Notes: generated by a model from the sequence alone, not told the origin. Positions 1 through 10,701 are shown, numbered from the stretch's first letter. The stretch: DNA of 64,000 nucleotides from Candidatus Omnitrophota bacterium (GCA_041651035.1 JBAZKC010000001.1:515244-579243); one strand, 5' to 3'. Numbers and translations: made by a program.

Positions 1-629
1 CGCTCATGACAATGTTTATGGCTACGCAGTCAGGAATGACCACCGATCAATTTGAAAAATCTGTTAAGGACTGGATCTCTACTGCAAGACATCCTAAAAC
101 CAAGCGGTTATATACAGAGATGGTATACCAGCCTATGCTTGAACTGCTTGTTTACTTACGCGCGAACGGATTCAAAACTTATATTGTCTCCGGTGGTAGT
201 GTTGAGTTCATGCGTCCATGGTCGGAAAGGGTCTATGGTATACCACCTGAACAAGTCATTGGAACCAGCAACAAGATGAAGTTTGAACTTCGAAATGGTA
301 TGCCGGTGCTCGTGGAGACTTCGGAGCTTAACTTCGTCGATGATAGAGGAGGTAAACCCGTAGGCATCGAGTCTTGTATCGGCCGTCGACCGATTGCCTC
401 GTTCGGCAATTCCGATGGGGACCTGCAAATGATGCAATGGACTGCCGCCGGTAGCGGAGCCCGTTTTTGTCTTTATATACACCATACCGATGCCCAGCGT
501 GAGTGGGCTTATGACCGTCAGTCGGTTATCGGCCGTTTCGACAAAGCTCTCGACGAAGCCTTGGCCAAAGGCTGGACGATTGTAGACATGAAGAACGACT
601 GGAAGATCATTTATCCGGGTGATAAATAA
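1..629 (+). CDS. HAD-superfamily hydrolase, 5'-partial (N-terminal DxDxT motif lies upstream of the window)
   Basis: ORF 6..629. Contains YIVSGGS and GNSDGD (HAD motif IV-like) but no motif I, so the true start is probably before position 1. Confidence 0.5.
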   Translation, partial: LMTMFMATQSGMTTDQFEKSVKDWISTARHPKTKRLYTEMVYQPMLELLVYLRANGFKTYIVSGGSVEFMRPWSERVYGIPPEQVIGTSNKMKFELRNGMPVLVETSELNFVDDRGGKPVGIESCIGRRPIASFGNSDGDLQMMQWTAAGSGARFCLYIHHTDAQREWAYDRQSVIGRFDKALDEALAKGWTIVDMKNDWKIIYPGDK

Positions 630-640
630 ATGCGGAAGCG

Positions 641-1690
641 ATGCGTAGAAGTATAATATCTTTTTTGTGCTCGGTTTTATCGATTCTAAATTTCGTATTC
701 ATAAGCTCTGCCTTTGCCGGGGAGCAAGGACATTATGCCCCTGCGCCTATGGCACTGAGAGATTATGTTATGCCGCCTAAGGGTTTTTATGTGATCGGCT
801 ATGATACTTATTATCATGCAGACAAAATGAAAGACTCAAGCGGTAGCACCCTAGACTCAGTGAGTGTTTCAGGTTTATGGAGAGGGACTGTTAAATCAGT
901 ACCGATCACAATCACGGGTACTCTTAACGCGAACTTGGATTTTAATATACATAGCGCGATGCAGACCCTTGCGCTTGCCTGGGCTACCGATAAAAAGATC
1001 TTGGGAGCTGATTATGGGTTTATGATAATACCATCATGGGGCTATACGAGCGTTAATGTCGCGGTCCAAGGGACAGCATCAGGTACGATTAAGGTAGGAT
1101 CGCATTCCCGGGATTTTTCCAAGGGAGAAGAAGTTAAAATTAAGGGCGAGCAGTGGGGGCTCGGAGATTTAATTGTTCAGCCTCTGTGGCTAGACTGGAG
1201 AGGCAAGAGACATGATGTGGCTTTTAGCTATGCTGCAACGTTTCCGACCGGAGCCTACGATAAAGACAAAGTCGCTAACGTTGGTATGGGATTTTTTTCG
1301 CAGCGCCTGCAGGCAGCTACATATTTTTATCCGTTTGAAAATAAAACCACGGCCTTTATGTTTACTCCTACCTATGAATGGAATAGTAAGAAAATCGATA
1401 CGGATATTCAGCCGGGCCAGACCATGACAATTGAATATGGCGTAAGCCAGTATGTGCATCCGCGTGTTGAAATTGGGCTTAGCGGGTATAATCAGTGGCA
1501 GATTACTGATGATTCTGGAAGCGCGGCTACGGATAAGACCAGGGATGCTATTGGCGGTGTTGGGGCGCAGATTGTTTACTGGGCGATTAAAGATAAATGT
1601 TCTTTTACTGTAAAGGTCAGTAAGGAGTACGCAGGAAAAGATCGGCTTGAAGGAATTTTTGAGTCGTTGAACTTTGTGTGGATTTTTTGA
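641..1690 (+). CDS. Putative outer-membrane beta-barrel protein (MetA-pathway/transporter-like)
   Basis: N-terminal signal peptide (…SSAFAGE). Alternating beta-strand-like pattern. C-terminal ...FVWIF ends in an aromatic residue, typical of an OMP barrel. Confidence 0.45.
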   Translation: MRRSIISFLCSVLSILNFVFISSAFAGEQGHYAPAPMALRDYVMPPKGFYVIGYDTYYHADKMKDSSGSTLDSVSVSGLWRGTVKSVPITITGTLNANLDFNIHSAMQTLALAWATDKKILGADYGFMIIPSWGYTSVNVAVQGTASGTIKVGSHSRDFSKGEEVKIKGEQWGLGDLIVQPLWLDWRGKRHDVAFSYAATFPTGAYDKDKVANVGMGFFSQRLQAATYFYPFENKTTAFMFTPTYEWNSKKIDTDIQPGQTMTIEYGVSQYVHPRVEIGLSGYNQWQITDDSGSAATDKTRDAIGGVGAQIVYWAIKDKCSFTVKVSKEYAGKDRLEGIFESLNFVWIF

Positions 1691-1804
1691 CCCGCCTTAC
1701 TTAGTTGTATCCTGCCTGCGCAAAAAATAGCTTCTTTTGGCATATGTCACCCTCCAGAGAGGTGATAAGTGACATTAAATCTATATCTTATAGCCTATAA
1801 CTTC

Positions 1805-1832
1805 TTGATATTTGCTTAACTTCCTATATAAT
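1805..1832 (+). promoter_or_regulatory. Candidate sigma70-type promoter (TTGATA-N16-TATAAT) upstream of the sugar-modification cluster
   Basis: TTGATA at 1805-1810 and TATAAT at 1827-1832 with a 16-nt spacer, about 270 nt upstream of the 2100 start. Confidence 0.3.
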
Positions 1833-2099
1833 TATACTACTGTCCGGTAAAAATTGGTTTCCCTTGGTGTCATTCCCGCGAAAGCGGGAATCCACTGACG
1901 AGAGCCGCTTCATTGATGCTTGCTTACGCAGGCATGACATAAAGAATAGTATTTTTTCGCCATCCATAACATGCATATTCGCAAAGAGATGCAATTTGGC
2001 GGACAGGAGTGATATAATTATTGGAATTAGTTTAATATCACGCAGAACGAGAAGTAAATATTGTAATATCAAAAAACATCCAATAACAATACAGAAATC

Positions 2100-3542
2100 A
2101 TGCCGAACGGTAATAACATGTTAAAGCAGCATTTGGGATTAAGCGCCATTCATTTAGAAATTGGTAAGTCACAATACTTTATATCTTCATCTAGTACTGA
2201 TGTCGATCGTGCCATTAGTTTGCTTTCCGAATTCAACAATGCTGTTTTTATAGTTGAGGATCAGAAACAGGCTGGGAATAGACTAATTGCCGAAACGGTT
2301 AATAAATTTTCTCGTGATGCATCAGGGCAGATTGTGAGAAAGGGTTTTCAATTAGATGCTAAAGAATTCATAAATGCTTCCAGTGGTCAAATAGAGATTC
2401 GTCTCGAAGAAATACTTGGTGTTTTAGAAAATGAGAGAGAAAAGTCATTGTTAGTTATTACATCTTTAGAAGAGTTTGCTAGAAATGAACGGCTGGCAAA
2501 GTTACTTCAAAAAGTTGTAAAAGCATCTTCTTTTTCTATATTGGGCATAACTACGATTGATGGGTTTCGCCAATTAGAAAAAAATCCGGAACTCGCCGGT
2601 TGCTTACAATTTATCCTTTCCGAAAAATCCCCCCGGATACATAAGCGTAGTGAATCAGTGTTGATTATAGGCGCGACTTCGTTATTTGGAAATGCGGTAT
2701 ATCAGCTTTTTAGCCGGGAATATAAGTTTGTTAGGGGGACTGGTTTTAGTAAAGCAGGTCTTTTAGGTTTTGATAAATTAGACGTTATGTCCGAGGAGGA
2801 AATTAAGGAGTATTTTGCGGTGCATCCGGCTTTTGATATTATTATCTATATTACCGGTGAAGCTGATGCGGATGTAGCTGAAAAGGAAAGAGATAGAGCT
2901 AAGGCATTAAATGTTGATGCGGTTACTATTATCGCGCGATATGCGAAAAATAACAAGTTTGTTTATATCTCTTCTGAATATGTGTTTGATGGTAGCACAT
3001 GGCCTTATGGTTCGTATTCAGAGGCTAGGCCGATCAATTATTACGGACGCACGAAATTGGAGGGGGAGGGAGTTTCTTTAAAGAATTTTCCTGATGCTTT
3101 GGTATTGCGTTTGGGTGCTCTTTACGGGTATAACAGCCCACGCGACAAGAAGACATCAGTCAGTAAGATTATTGCCAGTTTTGATAAGAACGAAGTTCTT
3201 AAGGTAGATAATATTCAAATTAAACATCCGATTTTACTCGAAGATGCTGCCAAGACACTATTAAAACTTCTTGATTATGGTGCTACCGGGATATATCAGG
3301 CCAATGGCCCAGAAGGATTAAATAAACAAGAAATGGCAAAGCAAATCGTGGAGGTGTATAGCGATGTAGCCAGCCGTACTTTTTCTTCTCCTATTGTTGG
3401 TATTGAGCAACCGGCCGCTGCAGCCAAACCTCTTAATACTCATATGGTAAATGTGGACACTCCAAGGTCTTTTAGGGAAGGGATTCGTTTTATGCTTCTA
3501 AAGCAGAAAACATCCAGCCAGAAAGACAATAATGGACATTAA
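2100..3542 (+). CDS. Two-domain protein: unknown N-terminal domain (about 190 aa) plus RmlD-like NAD(P)-dependent sugar reductase (dTDP-4-dehydrorhamnose reductase family)
   Basis: Rossmann motif IIGATSLFGNAV. YGRTK matches the RmlD Y-x3-K catalytic motif. SDR-extended fold pattern. Confidence 0.55.
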   Translation: MPNGNNMLKQHLGLSAIHLEIGKSQYFISSSSTDVDRAISLLSEFNNAVFIVEDQKQAGNRLIAETVNKFSRDASGQIVRKGFQLDAKEFINASSGQIEIRLEEILGVLENEREKSLLVITSLEEFARNERLAKLLQKVVKASSFSILGITTIDGFRQLEKNPELAGCLQFILSEKSPRIHKRSESVLIIGATSLFGNAVYQLFSREYKFVRGTGFSKAGLLGFDKLDVMSEEEIKEYFAVHPAFDIIIYITGEADADVAEKERDRAKALNVDAVTIIARYAKNNKFVYISSEYVFDGSTWPYGSYSEARPINYYGRTKLEGEGVSLKNFPDALVLRLGALYGYNSPRDKKTSVSKIIASFDKNEVLKVDNIQIKHPILLEDAAKTLLKLLDYGATGIYQANGPEGLNKQEMAKQIVEVYSDVASRTFSSPIVGIEQPAAAAKPLNTHMVNVDTPRSFREGIRFMLLKQKTSSQKDNNGH

Positions 3543-4659
3543 GAGTACTAAGTTTCTTGATCTTGATCAAGGACTAACACCGCAGAGTTTAACCTTAAGC
3601 AATAAAGATATGGATTTTTTGACCAAATTTCCCATTAAATTCATAGAGGGAAATTTTGCTAATTATATATGGGGAGGGCGTTATCTTTATGCTCTGAAGG
3701 GTATGCCCTATGATGGGAATACCCCGATAGCAGCCGAATCTTGGGAAGTCTCCGGCCATAAGAAATATTCTTCGCGTATTCTAATGCCGGATAAAAGAAT
3801 TTTTACTCTCAATGATATACTAAAAGATGAGCAATTAGCGCGGCTGATCTTGGGAGATATTGTTGTGGAGCATTTTGGGCAGGGTTTCCCCATACTTGTT
3901 AAGTTTATTGATGTGCATCAGCATATGTCAGTACATTTGCATCCTTCTCATAAAAATGCGAAGGCATTCGGAGAAGAGGACCCGGGCAAAGAAGAGATAT
4001 TTATAGTTATTGATTTACATGAAGATGCGGAGAACGTGTTATACCTAGGTTTAAAAGATAGTGTAAGCCCTAAGGATTTCGAAGCCGTTGTTAACAGGGG
4101 CGAGAATATTCTTGGTTTACTGCATAAGATCTGCGTTTCTCCGGGGGATATATTCCGCATACCTTCTGGTATTTTACATTGTTGGGCAGGGGGGGTTATT
4201 GCGGTTGAAATTGCCGAATCCAGCGATTTGACTTACCGCGTATATGATTTTCTTCGGCAAAGGCCTATGCATATTAAAAAAGGGTTGGCTTCTATTGATT
4301 ATAGATTTAACTTGAGCCCCACACTAAAAAAAGAATGTAAGGGCAAGTGGGAAACGATGTTAACTAAAGGAGTTGATTCTGTTGTAACTCGTAATGCCAT
4401 AAAGGTTGAGCGTATAAGGCTTGGTTTCGACAGCGATTCGATTAAGATTAATAACCGCGAAATATTTGAGGTATTAATGGGAATTGAGGGCGTGGTTGAG
4501 ATCACGTCTTTAAAAGATGATTGGTCTATTCACCTACATAAGGGGGTCTCGGTTCTCATTCCGGCTAGTGCCGGAGATTATCTACTCAAAGGCATTGATG
4601 AATTAAACAAAAACCGTGCACTTCGTATTAGTATGAGGATACTTGAAAGGAGCAGTTAA
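3532..4659 (+). CDS. manA: Mannose-6-phosphate isomerase, class I (cupin)
   Basis: ESWEVSGH, SVHLHP (zinc-site 'QVHP'-type) and IPSGILHCWAGGVIAVEIAESSDLTYRVYDF align with the ManA signatures ELWMGAHP / LSIQVHP / HAY..G..LEVMANSDN.LR. Confidence 0.7.
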   Translation: MDIKSTKFLDLDQGLTPQSLTLSNKDMDFLTKFPIKFIEGNFANYIWGGRYLYALKGMPYDGNTPIAAESWEVSGHKKYSSRILMPDKRIFTLNDILKDEQLARLILGDIVVEHFGQGFPILVKFIDVHQHMSVHLHPSHKNAKAFGEEDPGKEEIFIVIDLHEDAENVLYLGLKDSVSPKDFEAVVNRGENILGLLHKICVSPGDIFRIPSGILHCWAGGVIAVEIAESSDLTYRVYDFLRQRPMHIKKGLASIDYRFNLSPTLKKECKGKWETMLTKGVDSVVTRNAIKVERIRLGFDSDSIKINNREIFEVLMGIEGVVEITSLKDDWSIHLHKGVSVLIPASAGDYLLKGIDELNKNRALRISMRILERSS

Positions 4660-4663
4660 TAAT

Positions 4664-6070
4664 ATGGTAACAATGCAAGGATTGGAAAAAAGGCTTTTGA
4701 AGGAAGAATCCCGGCACTGTTCTTATGGAGATACCGCTCATTATTTAAAAGAGCCAAAAATTTTCTCTGAATGCGAGGGTTCATTTTTATACGATTGTAA
4801 CGGCATGCCATATCTAGATCTTCAAATGTGGTATTCCGCAGTAAATTTGGGCTACAAGAATAAACGAGTGAATGATACAGTCAGGTGTCAACTTGATCAT
4901 CTGCCTCAATTAGCCAGCCAGTATTTACATAGGGAGAAAATTGAACTCGCTAGTATTATGGCTAAACAAATGCAAAAATCTTTTCAAAGCAAAGGCAGGT
5001 TACATTTTAATGTAGGCGGATCCCAGGCCATCGAAGATAGCATCAAGCTTATTCGTAAGACAACAGGCAAAACGCAATTCTTTGCATTTCAGGGGGGATA
5101 TCATGGGAGGACAATTGGTGCCTCGGAGATCACATCAAGCTATCGTTATAGGAAACCCTACGGTCATTTTTCTAATAGGGCGCAATTTATTCCATATCCC
5201 TATTGTTTTCGTTGTCATTATGGTAAACAGCCTGACTCTTGTAAATATTATTGCGTAAGCCAATTCGAGAAGTTGTTTGAAACGGAGTATAATTCTATCG
5301 TCGATACCAAAACCAATGAATGCGAATTCGCGGCTTTTTATATCGAACCTATTCAGGGTACAGGCGGTTATATTATACCGCCTCCCGAGTACTTCAAGAA
5401 GATTAAGAAAATTTTAGACTATTATAAGATTTATCTTGTTGATGATGAAATGCAAATGGGTTTCTATCGAACAGGGCGATTCTGGGCACTTGAGCATTTT
5501 GGTATTAAGCCCGATGTATTAGTTTTTGGCAAGGCACTCACCAATGGCATGAATCCTTTGTCTGGCTTCTGGGCTAAAGAGGAACTTATTAAGCCAGAGG
5601 TTTTCCCTCCCGGATCAACGCACTCCACATTTTCATCTAATCCCATGGGTACTACCGCGGGGTTAGAGGTGATGAAGATACTTCAAGATAAGACATTAGC
5701 CAATCGGATAAATAGCAGCGGCAAGAAGTTCGTAAGTATGCTTAAGAAACTTCAAAAAAAATATAAAGAGATTGGTGATGTTACAGGCATAGGGTTAGCT
5801 ATCCGTCTTGAGATCTGCGAGAAAGACGGTATTACGCCGAATAGGCGATTGACAGATCAGATATTTCAAGCAGGGCTTAAGGGCGGCCTGGAATACAACG
5901 GAAAGAAATACGGTTTAGTACTGGACGTCGGGGGTTATTTTAAGAACGCCTTTACGTTGGCCCCTTCTTTTTACATCACCGAAGAAGAAATCGGAATGGC
6001 ATATAAGTTTTTAGATGAGTTATTCGGTCGTTTTACTGCTTCGAAACGCCGCCCGAAACAAAAAATATAA
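4664..6070 (+). CDS. Class III PLP-dependent aminotransferase
   Basis: GGYHGRT, LVDDEMQMGFYRTGRFWALEHFGIKPDVLVFGKAL (PLP lysine). Start moved to the ATG at 4664 (AAAGGAG 8 nt upstream); the track's 4643 start is TTG. Confidence 0.65.
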   Translation: MVTMQGLEKRLLKEESRHCSYGDTAHYLKEPKIFSECEGSFLYDCNGMPYLDLQMWYSAVNLGYKNKRVNDTVRCQLDHLPQLASQYLHREKIELASIMAKQMQKSFQSKGRLHFNVGGSQAIEDSIKLIRKTTGKTQFFAFQGGYHGRTIGASEITSSYRYRKPYGHFSNRAQFIPYPYCFRCHYGKQPDSCKYYCVSQFEKLFETEYNSIVDTKTNECEFAAFYIEPIQGTGGYIIPPPEYFKKIKKILDYYKIYLVDDEMQMGFYRTGRFWALEHFGIKPDVLVFGKALTNGMNPLSGFWAKEELIKPEVFPPGSTHSTFSSNPMGTTAGLEVMKILQDKTLANRINSSGKKFVSMLKKLQKKYKEIGDVTGIGLAIRLEICEKDGITPNRRLTDQIFQAGLKGGLEYNGKKYGLVLDVGGYFKNAFTLAPSFYITEEEIGMAYKFLDELFGRFTASKRRPKQKI

Positions 6071-6284
6071 CCAAAGAATTTACGAGCGTTTAGGCGAGGG
6101 GCCAAGCTTATATCGTAGAGGGTTCTTATCCGGAGTAAAATAATAAAAGGTGAGGTCTTAAATTCAGGCAATAGCAGTCAACGCTATTTCAGATTAAATT
6201 CTCCCTCCGTGTTTTATTTCTTGCCAGGTTGATTTTAAATATTTAGCTTTTAAATAATATAACATTAACAGGGGATTTTGACAA

Positions 6285-7733
6285 ATGGCCAAGGTTATTT
6301 TTTGCCAAAGATTTGTTTATTCCTATTTCGGCATCATGTCCATATCAGCTTTGCTAAAAAGAGAGGGGCATCAGGCAGGGCTGGTTATGGAGGCGGATAT
6401 CAAGAAAGCAGTCTTGAAAATAATTCATGCTGATCCGGAGGTAGTTATGTTTTCAACCCTTACGGCAACAGGGGATTTTGAGTGGTCGCTGGAGGTCGCC
6501 AAAGGGTTAAAACAAAAAAATAAAAACATTTTGGTGGTTTTCGGGAATTTACATCCCACCTTATTCCCGGAAGAAACGATGAGACAGGAAGCCGTGGATG
6601 TTATTTGCCGGGGGGAGGGAGAATTCCCCATGTTGGAGTTATGTAACCGGTTAGAGCGCGGGGTGAGCTATTTTGATATTCCCGGATTATGGGTTAAGTC
6701 ACCCGAAGGCATTGTCAGGAATCCTCTGGGGGCGCTCATAGAGGATTTAGACGTTTTGCCTTTTCCTGACCGCGATCTTTATCAGCAATATGGATATTTT
6801 GACAACTTAGATTCCATTGATGTGATCGCCGGTAGAGGCTGTATTTTTAGCTGTAGTTATTGTATGAATCCGGCATTAAAGGAAATATTCCGGGATAAAG
6901 GAAGATTTGTCCGTAAATTCAGCCCGTCCTATATTATCAGCGAACTGGAAGAAGTTAATAATAAGTTTAAACCCAGGTCATTTACTTTTGTTGATGAATT
7001 ATTTACGGTAAACAAGGGATGGCTTAGAGAATTTTCTGAAATGTATAAGGCGCGTATCAATTTGCCTTTCGTCTGCAATATTACCGCCGATACCATTGAC
7101 GAAGAAAGTATTTCTTGGTTAGCTAAGGCAGGAGTTTCCAGGGTATGTATGGGCGTGGAAACAGGCAATGAAGGGGTCCGTAATAAACTCCTTAATAAAC
7201 ATCTAAGCAACGCCCAGATCGAAGAGGCGGCGGCCAGGCTGCATGAGCATAACATTAAGTTTTTAACCTCAAATATTATCGGCCTGCCCGGAGAAACGGT
7301 AAAGGGCGCTTTTGAGACGATAGAATTCAATCAAAAGATAAAAACAGATTTTGTCTATTTTTCGGTATTTCAGCCCTACCCTAAACTTCCCTTAACGAAG
7401 AAAATGCAGGAGGAGGGGGTCCTTGAGCCAATACAGCCGGCGGATTTTAACACCACGTTCTTTAAGGACTCGGTTCTAAAGCAGCGCAATATTAATCAAT
7501 TGGTCAACTTGCATAAGTTCTTTTTCCTGGTTTTCAGATTCCCGTGGATAAAGCCAATTGTTAAGCTTTTAATCCATTTACCGCCCAATCGTTTCTTTGA
7601 GCAAATCTTTATTTTGAGTTATGGCTGGCTGGCCTTAAGTTGTTTTCGCAGGCATCCTCTACAACTTCTGGCCATGGGCCGCGGCAACACGAAGATCTTT
7701 TATGGCGACAAAGGAGTTGCCGGCAGCGCATAA
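6285..7733 (+). CDS. B12-binding radical SAM protein (class B radical-SAM, methyltransferase-like)
   Basis: N-terminal cobalamin-binding-like domain. CIFSCSYC matches the CX3CX2C radical SAM cluster motif. Confidence 0.65.
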   Translation: MAKVIFCQRFVYSYFGIMSISALLKREGHQAGLVMEADIKKAVLKIIHADPEVVMFSTLTATGDFEWSLEVAKGLKQKNKNILVVFGNLHPTLFPEETMRQEAVDVICRGEGEFPMLELCNRLERGVSYFDIPGLWVKSPEGIVRNPLGALIEDLDVLPFPDRDLYQQYGYFDNLDSIDVIAGRGCIFSCSYCMNPALKEIFRDKGRFVRKFSPSYIISELEEVNNKFKPRSFTFVDELFTVNKGWLREFSEMYKARINLPFVCNITADTIDEESISWLAKAGVSRVCMGVETGNEGVRNKLLNKHLSNAQIEEAAARLHEHNIKFLTSNIIGLPGETVKGAFETIEFNQKIKTDFVYFSVFQPYPKLPLTKKMQEEGVLEPIQPADFNTTFFKDSVLKQRNINQLVNLHKFFFLVFRFPWIKPIVKLLIHLPPNRFFEQIFILSYGWLALSCFRRHPLQLLAMGRGNTKIFYGDKGVAGSA

Positions 7734-7771
7734 TTTCTGGAAATCTTCCAGAATTGCTATATAATAAACCT

Positions 7772-8257
7772 ATGGCTAGTCGGTCGTCTCGAAGATCTAA
7801 AGGCGTTACGATATTTGGCATCCTGCTGATCTTGAGCTCTCTTATGCACATGCACAAGTTGCTCACAGAAGGAGCGCAGTACGCTAATATCTACAGTTAT
7901 TTGCCCGCGTGGCTGATCACAGTACGGTATTCTTTTTCCTGGTTACAAAGAATTATTGGGATCTTTACGGGATTCGGGATCTTAGCTAAGAAAGAAATCG
8001 CCCGTAAAATAGCGATCGCCATAGGGTGTTTTACTATTTTGACCGTTTACTGGAAACATCCCTATCCGGCGGTTAAGCTTCATACCCAATATTTAGAGGA
8101 ACAGTTTGGATACATCCTAGCTCAAACAGGTACAGGGGTGACATTTCCATCGATGGCCCTGTTTGCCGTTATCGCCCTGTGTATTTGCGATATTATTTTC
8201 TGGGGTATCTCTATTTATTTTCTTACCCGTCCGGCAGTCAAGAACCAATTTAAGTAG
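7772..8257 (+). CDS. Small polytopic membrane protein, unknown function
   Basis: Four hydrophobic helices. The track ORF starts at 7640 and overlaps the previous gene out of frame; the internal ATG at 7772 (MASRSS…) is the more plausible start. Confidence 0.35.
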   Translation: MASRSSRRSKGVTIFGILLILSSLMHMHKLLTEGAQYANIYSYLPAWLITVRYSFSWLQRIIGIFTGFGILAKKEIARKIAIAIGCFTILTVYWKHPYPAVKLHTQYLEEQFGYILAQTGTGVTFPSMALFAVIALCICDIIFWGISIYFLTRPAVKNQFK

Positions 8258-8262
8258 GATTC

Positions 8263-8901
8263 ATGAGCGCACCCTATTCTCTAAAGGGGTCTCATTACCG
8301 CAGCGAATTTCTTTATACTGCCCTAACCCTGTTAAAACTCGGCCCAGGCTATCATCTTCGTTACCGGATCGCCGCGCGATATATCCATCCCAAAGAATCT
8401 GTTATTGATGTTTGTTCCGGATCCGGAGGCCTTAAATATTTTATTCCCAAAGACTGCCCGTATACTGCCGTTGAAGCGAGCCCGGAATTCAGCGCTATTC
8501 TTCAGAAGAAAGGCCTCAACCATATTACCTGTGATCTCCACGCAGGGCTGCCGCATCCTGCCTTATCATCCGACGTTATAGTAATGCTTATTTCCCTTTG
8601 TCAATTCCGTAACGCCTCGGCAGGCTTTTTGCTGGAGAGTTTTAAGAAAATGGCAAAGCGTGTTGTCATTATAGAAGATGTTTTATCCTGTCCGAGGAGC
8701 GAAAGATCTTTGGTTTATCGTGCCATTAATTATCTTTGCGCAACTGATTATTGCCTGCCTTTTTCTTTGTATACGCGTTTGGAATTCACGGAGTTAATGC
8801 GAAACCATGGCTATGCATGCGAGGACGCCGGCGGCCGGTATATGGTTGGATCATACGGTTATGACCCAGAACAGGGGGAAATTAGCTATCAGAAAGAATA
8901 A
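8263..8901 (+). CDS. Class I SAM-dependent methyltransferase
   Basis: Motif I VIDVCSGSGG; acidic motif II region. Confidence 0.5.
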   Translation: MSAPYSLKGSHYRSEFLYTALTLLKLGPGYHLRYRIAARYIHPKESVIDVCSGSGGLKYFIPKDCPYTAVEASPEFSAILQKKGLNHITCDLHAGLPHPALSSDVIVMLISLCQFRNASAGFLLESFKKMAKRVVIIEDVLSCPRSERSLVYRAINYLCATDYCLPFSLYTRLEFTELMRNHGYACEDAGGRYMVGSYGYDPEQGEISYQKE

Positions 8902-8905
8902 TACT

Positions 8906-10006
8906 ATGAATATACCCTGGGCGCGGCCGTATTTCTGGGGTAGGGAACAAGAGTTTGTGGCTGACGCGTTAAATTCATCCTGGATTTCCAGCGGCCCGTA
9001 TGTCGGAAGATTTGAAAAGGAATTTGCCGATTATCACGGCGCGCGGTTTTGCATTACCACGTCGAGCGGGACCAGCGCGCTGCATTTGGCTCTTTTGGCT
9101 ATAGGTGTAGGCCCGGGAGATGAAGTTGTTGTGCCGGGCTTTACATTTATCGCTCCGGTCAATATGATCATTGCTGTAGGTGCTAAGCCGGCCTACGCTG
9201 ATATCGATCCGGATACCTGGTGTGTTGATACGGCATGCGTCGAGCGGAATATCTCAGCCAAGACAAAAGCGATTATGGCGGTCCATCCCTACGGGAACGT
9301 CTGTGATATGGCAGCTCTGCGGCGTTTAGCTGATCGGCGCGAACTTTATTTGGTTGAGGACTCCGCTGAGGCGTTATTTTCAAGATACCGCGGTAAATTA
9401 GCCGGGACATTCGGAGATATCGGCTGTTTTAGTTTTCAGGCAACCAAGGCCATCACTACCGGAGAAGGCGGTTGCGTTATTACATCAAATAAGGAATTAT
9501 CTTCCAGGATGCGTCTTATCCGCGACCACGGCATGTCTGGGCCGCGGAAGTATTGGCACGATATCTTAGGATACAATTTCCGGTTGACTAATATACAGGC
9601 GGCGTTGGGGTGCGCGCAGTTTAAAAACGCGTCGAAGATCATATCAGCCAAACGTAAAATATACTCTCTCTACCTGCGGCATCTTAAGAATGAGGAAGGG
9701 ATCAGATTACAATTCATTAAGCCTAAGGTCGAGCCTGTATTCTGGTGCGTAGCCGTTGAAATAGACCCCGCGGTTTTTGGCGTAAGCAGAGATTCGCTTA
9801 TGAGGCGTCTGTTATTATCCGGGATCGAGACCCGCCCGGGATTCTATCCCGCAAGCCTTATGCCTTTTTACCGCGCGCCAGCTTTACCTGTGTCTGAACA
9901 TATCAGCGCCAGGGCTATAAGCCTTCCCTCGTTTCTGGCGTTAACGGAGCCCCAGATCAGATACGTATGCAGCCGCTTAAAGAAATTAAGGAAAAAGGGC
10001 GTATGA
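8906..10006 (+). CDS. DegT/DnrJ/EryC1/StrS-family sugar aminotransferase (PLP-dependent)
   Basis: MNIPWARPYFWGREQEFVADAL…, FSFQATKAIT (PLP lysine), DHG…NFRL. Start at ATG 8906, directly after the upstream stop. Confidence 0.75.
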   Translation: MNIPWARPYFWGREQEFVADALNSSWISSGPYVGRFEKEFADYHGARFCITTSSGTSALHLALLAIGVGPGDEVVVPGFTFIAPVNMIIAVGAKPAYADIDPDTWCVDTACVERNISAKTKAIMAVHPYGNVCDMAALRRLADRRELYLVEDSAEALFSRYRGKLAGTFGDIGCFSFQATKAITTGEGGCVITSNKELSSRMRLIRDHGMSGPRKYWHDILGYNFRLTNIQAALGCAQFKNASKIISAKRKIYSLYLRHLKNEEGIRLQFIKPKVEPVFWCVAVEIDPAVFGVSRDSLMRRLLLSGIETRPGFYPASLMPFYRAPALPVSEHISARAISLPSFLALTEPQIRYVCSRLKKLRKKGV

Positions 10007-10701
10007 ATAAGATCTCGGTGATCCTGCCCGCGTTTAATGAACGGGGAAATATAGTATTTCTCATACGCGCTATCCATAATGAGCTGGGAGATTCTCCCCA
10101 TGAAATATTGGTAGTTGACGATCAGAGCCCCGACGGGACGGCGCAGGCTGTTATAGATATGCGGGATTCCGCCTCCCGCCTGATTACTCGGGATAGAGAT
10201 CACGGTTATGCCAAATCTATACGGTGCGGTATTGAACAGGCCGCGGGCGACATCTTGATTATCATGGATTCCGATTTTAATCATAGCCCGCGGTATATCC
10301 CCCAGATGGTAGAGATGTTGTCGCGCTATAGTTGTGTCTCTGCCTCCAGGTTTCTTAACGGAGGGCAGATGGTTCCTGCCTGGCGGGGTATATCCAGCAG
10401 GATTTTTAACATATTTGTTCGTAGGATTACCGGCGGGAGGATGACTGACAACCTCTATGGTTTCTTTGGTCTTAAGCGCGAAGCACTTAAGGGCTGCCCT
10501 TTTGATGATATTTTCTGGGGGTTTGGTGATTACGCCATACGCCTGTTATTTTATCTGCAAAAGAACAAAGTAAATATTTCTGAATTTCCAGCGGTCTGCG
10601 GCCAGCGATTGTCCGGCCTAAGCAGGATGCGTTATTTCCACGCGCTTTGCCTGTATACTAAAGAAACGCTGGCGCTCGCCGGGAAGGGCAGGATACAATG
10701 A
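10003..10701 (+). CDS. GT2 polyprenol-phosphate glycosyltransferase (Dpm1/GtrB/ArnC-like)
   Basis: VILPAFNERGNI and VVDDQSPDGT match the Dpm1 signatures (VLLPTYNEREN / VVDDNSPDGT). ATGA overlap with the upstream gene. Confidence 0.7.
   Translation: MNKISVILPAFNERGNIVFLIRAIHNELGDSPHEILVVDDQSPDGTAQAVIDMRDSASRLITRDRDHGYAKSIRCGIEQAAGDILIIMDSDFNHSPRYIPQMVEMLSRYSCVSASRFLNGGQMVPAWRGISSRIFNIFVRRITGGRMTDNLYGFFGLKREALKGCPFDDIFWGFGDYAIRLLFYLQKNKVNISEFPAVCGQRLSGLSRMRYFHALCLYTKETLALAGKGRIQ

Noticed and set aside
7640-7771. 5' extension of the 7640..8257 ORF
   Set aside because: The extension overlaps the radical-SAM gene in another frame. The hydrophobic protein proper begins at the internal ATG at 7772.
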